In this document: in pieces, positions 37,015 to 38,879 of the stretch
Numbering within the stretch: the stretch's first letter is position 1
How the letters are laid out: every line of letters starts with the position of its first letter
Program-made: the position numbers and the translations under genes
DNA from: Calditrichia bacterium
GTDB taxonomy: Bacteria > Calditrichota > Calditrichia > RBG-13-44-9 > J075
Assembly (NCBI GenBank): GCA_050633245.1
Contig: JBOEGD010000037.1
Coordinates: 1-38,879, forward strand
DNA: 38,879 bases
Direction: 5' to 3'
The notes under the pieces: model-generated
The model's input: the letters and a program-made list of their open reading frames with translations, nothing else
Told to the model about the DNA's origin: nothing
Database searches by the model: none

Positions 37015-38709
37015 ATGAAACGCTTGATTATATTTACAATCGCATTTTTTGTCCTTTCCTGTAAGTCCTCACCACAATCTGAATCGATTACGATGCACGA
37101 CGCAATTCAGCAGGCAGATACAGTTGCTTTTAAAATGCTGCTGGAAATTTCTCCTCAATCTATTTCCACTCGTGACGAATCCGGTAATACGCCTCTAATG
37201 CTGGCTGTTGAAAACGGCCAGGTTTTGATGACGCAGCAGTTACTCGCAGCCGGCGCTTTAGCGAATGATACCCTGCCGAATGGAAAAAATGCCCTGCACC
37301 GGACGGATAACCCTGATTTGATACGTTTACTGATAAACCATGGGGCGGATTCACATAAGAAAGATCAGTATGGCAATACGCCCTTAAAGTTTACGCTCAA
37401 TTATGCGCTGCGCTTTAGTGGCCTGCGCGAGCAGAAGAATGAGGCGCTCAGCGCTTTTCTCGATGCCGGAACACGTTTCCCATCGGCTGGCGAAGATGGA
37501 CGTTGGTTCTTGCACAATGCTTGCCTGGTTGGGCATGATGCCTTGATAAAGCATCTGCTAAAAAACGATGCCGATGTCGCTTCAAAAAATGACAACGGTG
37601 GTTCTTTGCTTCACTCGGCGGCAGCAGGTGGCGTACTCTGGTTAGCCGAGAGCCTGATAGCTGAAGGGTTTGCAGTGAACGCAATAAATCGCTATGGCCA
37701 AACGCCACTATTTTTAGCTACAATTGAAGGCAAAAGAGCAGTAGCAGAGTTGCTGATTCGTTTTGATAGTGATGTTGTTGTGCGCGATTTGGCTGATCGT
37801 ACACCTTTGGATTACGCTGTCGACTTTGCACGGAATAAGATCTCAGACTTATTGCTATTGCATGGTGCCGCGGTAGGCCCAAAAAAAATTAACAGACAGC
37901 GCGGGAATTATTTGGGACAGGCGGAACCCGAGAATACGCCGACGTTGTTTGCTAAGGGAATTGTCTCATCTGTTTTCTATGATCATAGTGCTCCGAACTT
38001 TTCTTTAGACGGCAAAGAACTTTATTGGTCGCCGGTTTATACCAGTCGTGGCGATTTTATCTTCTCGATGAAGCAGAAAGATGATTCTTGGAGCGCGCCG
38101 CAAATTGAGTCATTTTGTCGTGTTGGCGGCACCTATATGTATCCAACTCTGTCGCATGATGGCTCAAAGATGTTCTTTGCCAGCGATGAAGCGCTTCCAG
38201 GCGAAGAGCCGGGCAAGGAAATGAATATTTGGTTTGTTGAGCGGGAAGGCAACGGCTGGTCTGATCCCAAGCTGGTTGGCTTTCCCGGTGGCGATGAGTA
38301 TGGTATAACGATTGCCGAAAGCGGCAATCTCTACTTTATGGGGCTGTACGATAGGGGGGAGGGATCGGCAGATTTATATCGTTCGGAGTATCATAATGGC
38401 GTATATGGAAATCCGGTAAATCTTGGTCCGGCGATAAACTCATCCTCATATGAAGATGAGCCTTATATAGATCCGCAAGAGCGCTTTCTGATCTTTGCCT
38501 CGCTACGGCCTGGTGATGGACGAATTTACATGAGCCGTAACAAAGACGATCAGTGGCAGCCTGCAGAGAATATTTCTTCATTCATTCCTATCGACAGTGA
38601 CGTGCGCTTTCCGCAAGTTTCCCGGGACCGCCGCTATCTGTTTTTTGCGAGTAACGCCAATGGAAACTGGGATATTTACTGGATGGCAATCCCTGCGGAC
38701 CTTAAATGA
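37015..38709 (+). CDS. Lipoprotein with ankyrin repeats and a PD40 (TolB-like) beta-propeller
   Basis: Lipobox VLSC; GNTPLMLAV, GNTPL, GSLLHSAA, GQTPLFLA and RTPLDYA; PNFSLDGKELYW, PTLSHDGSKMFFAS, NLGPAINS and PQVSRDRRYLFFAS. Confidence 0.9.
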   Translation: MKRLIIFTIAFFVLSCKSSPQSESITMHDAIQQADTVAFKMLLEISPQSISTRDESGNTPLMLAVENGQVLMTQQLLAAGALANDTLPNGKNALHRTDNPDLIRLLINHGADSHKKDQYGNTPLKFTLNYALRFSGLREQKNEALSAFLDAGTRFPSAGEDGRWFLHNACLVGHDALIKHLLKNDADVASKNDNGGSLLHSAAAGGVLWLAESLIAEGFAVNAINRYGQTPLFLATIEGKRAVAELLIRFDSDVVVRDLADRTPLDYAVDFARNKISDLLLLHGAAVGPKKINRQRGNYLGQAEPENTPTLFAKGIVSSVFYDHSAPNFSLDGKELYWSPVYTSRGDFIFSMKQKDDSWSAPQIESFCRVGGTYMYPTLSHDGSKMFFASDEALPGEEPGKEMNIWFVEREGNGWSDPKLVGFPGGDEYGITIAESGNLYFMGLYDRGEGSADLYRSEYHNGVYGNPVNLGPAINSSSYEDEPYIDPQERFLIFASLRPGDGRIYMSRNKDDQWQPAENISSFIPIDSDVRFPQVSRDRRYLFFASNANGNWDIYWMAIPADLK

Positions 38710-38802
38710 CAGGAAAGGGCAGAATCTTTCAGCATCTATCATCGTTTTCGAAAAATCTATTGTAGGATGTCCTGTTTCATCAAACGATACGATGAGGTGC
38801 CC

Positions 38803-38879
38803 ATGAATAGTCAGCTTTTTCTGCTTGTTGTTTTTGGTTTGACTTATATGACGATCGGTTGCGTAACAACAAACGGCTA
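38803..38879 (+). CDS. 5' end of a probable lipoprotein gene running off the window
   Basis: GAGGTG RBS; MNSQLFLLVVFGLTYMTIGC (lipobox-like TIGC); open to the edge. Confidence 0.55.
   Translation, partial: MNSQLFLLVVFGLTYMTIGCVTTNG

Overview
This is a gene-dense bacterial chromosomal window with no rRNA, tRNA or CRISPR array. Three secreted proteins end in a YPNPFNP-type (T9SS/FlgD-Ig) sorting domain, which points to an FCB-group host, perhaps Calditrichota/KSB1-like (inference). The left part holds a DUF900 alpha/beta hydrolase, two large secreted beta-propeller proteins, a DUF2283 pseudogene and a decayed IS5 (IS427-group) element. These are followed by an AT-rich three-gene island (TIR protein, 2-TM coiled-coil protein, PspC/zinc-ribbon protein), a candidate undescribed anti-phage or envelope-stress system. 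The middle holds a MATE transporter, a third sorting-domain protein, a TPR-HExxH protein, a sterol desaturase with an FNR-like box, a DUF4214-methyltransferase, and a MocR regulator divergent from a coupled DinB/DUF1272/hypothetical/CBM9-DUF5916 operon. The right part holds an operon of an atypical-kinase/Omp85 fusion, DUF4956 and an SdiA-regulated propeller (second candidate system), then a porin divergent from two YceI genes, an AraC/SRPBCC pair and an ankyrin-PD40 lipoprotein. Non-coding structure includes a 27-bp perfect palindrome, a REP/BIME-like family at two loci, a heptamer tandem repeat and several operator-like motifs. All family calls come from motif recognition by eye, not database searches.
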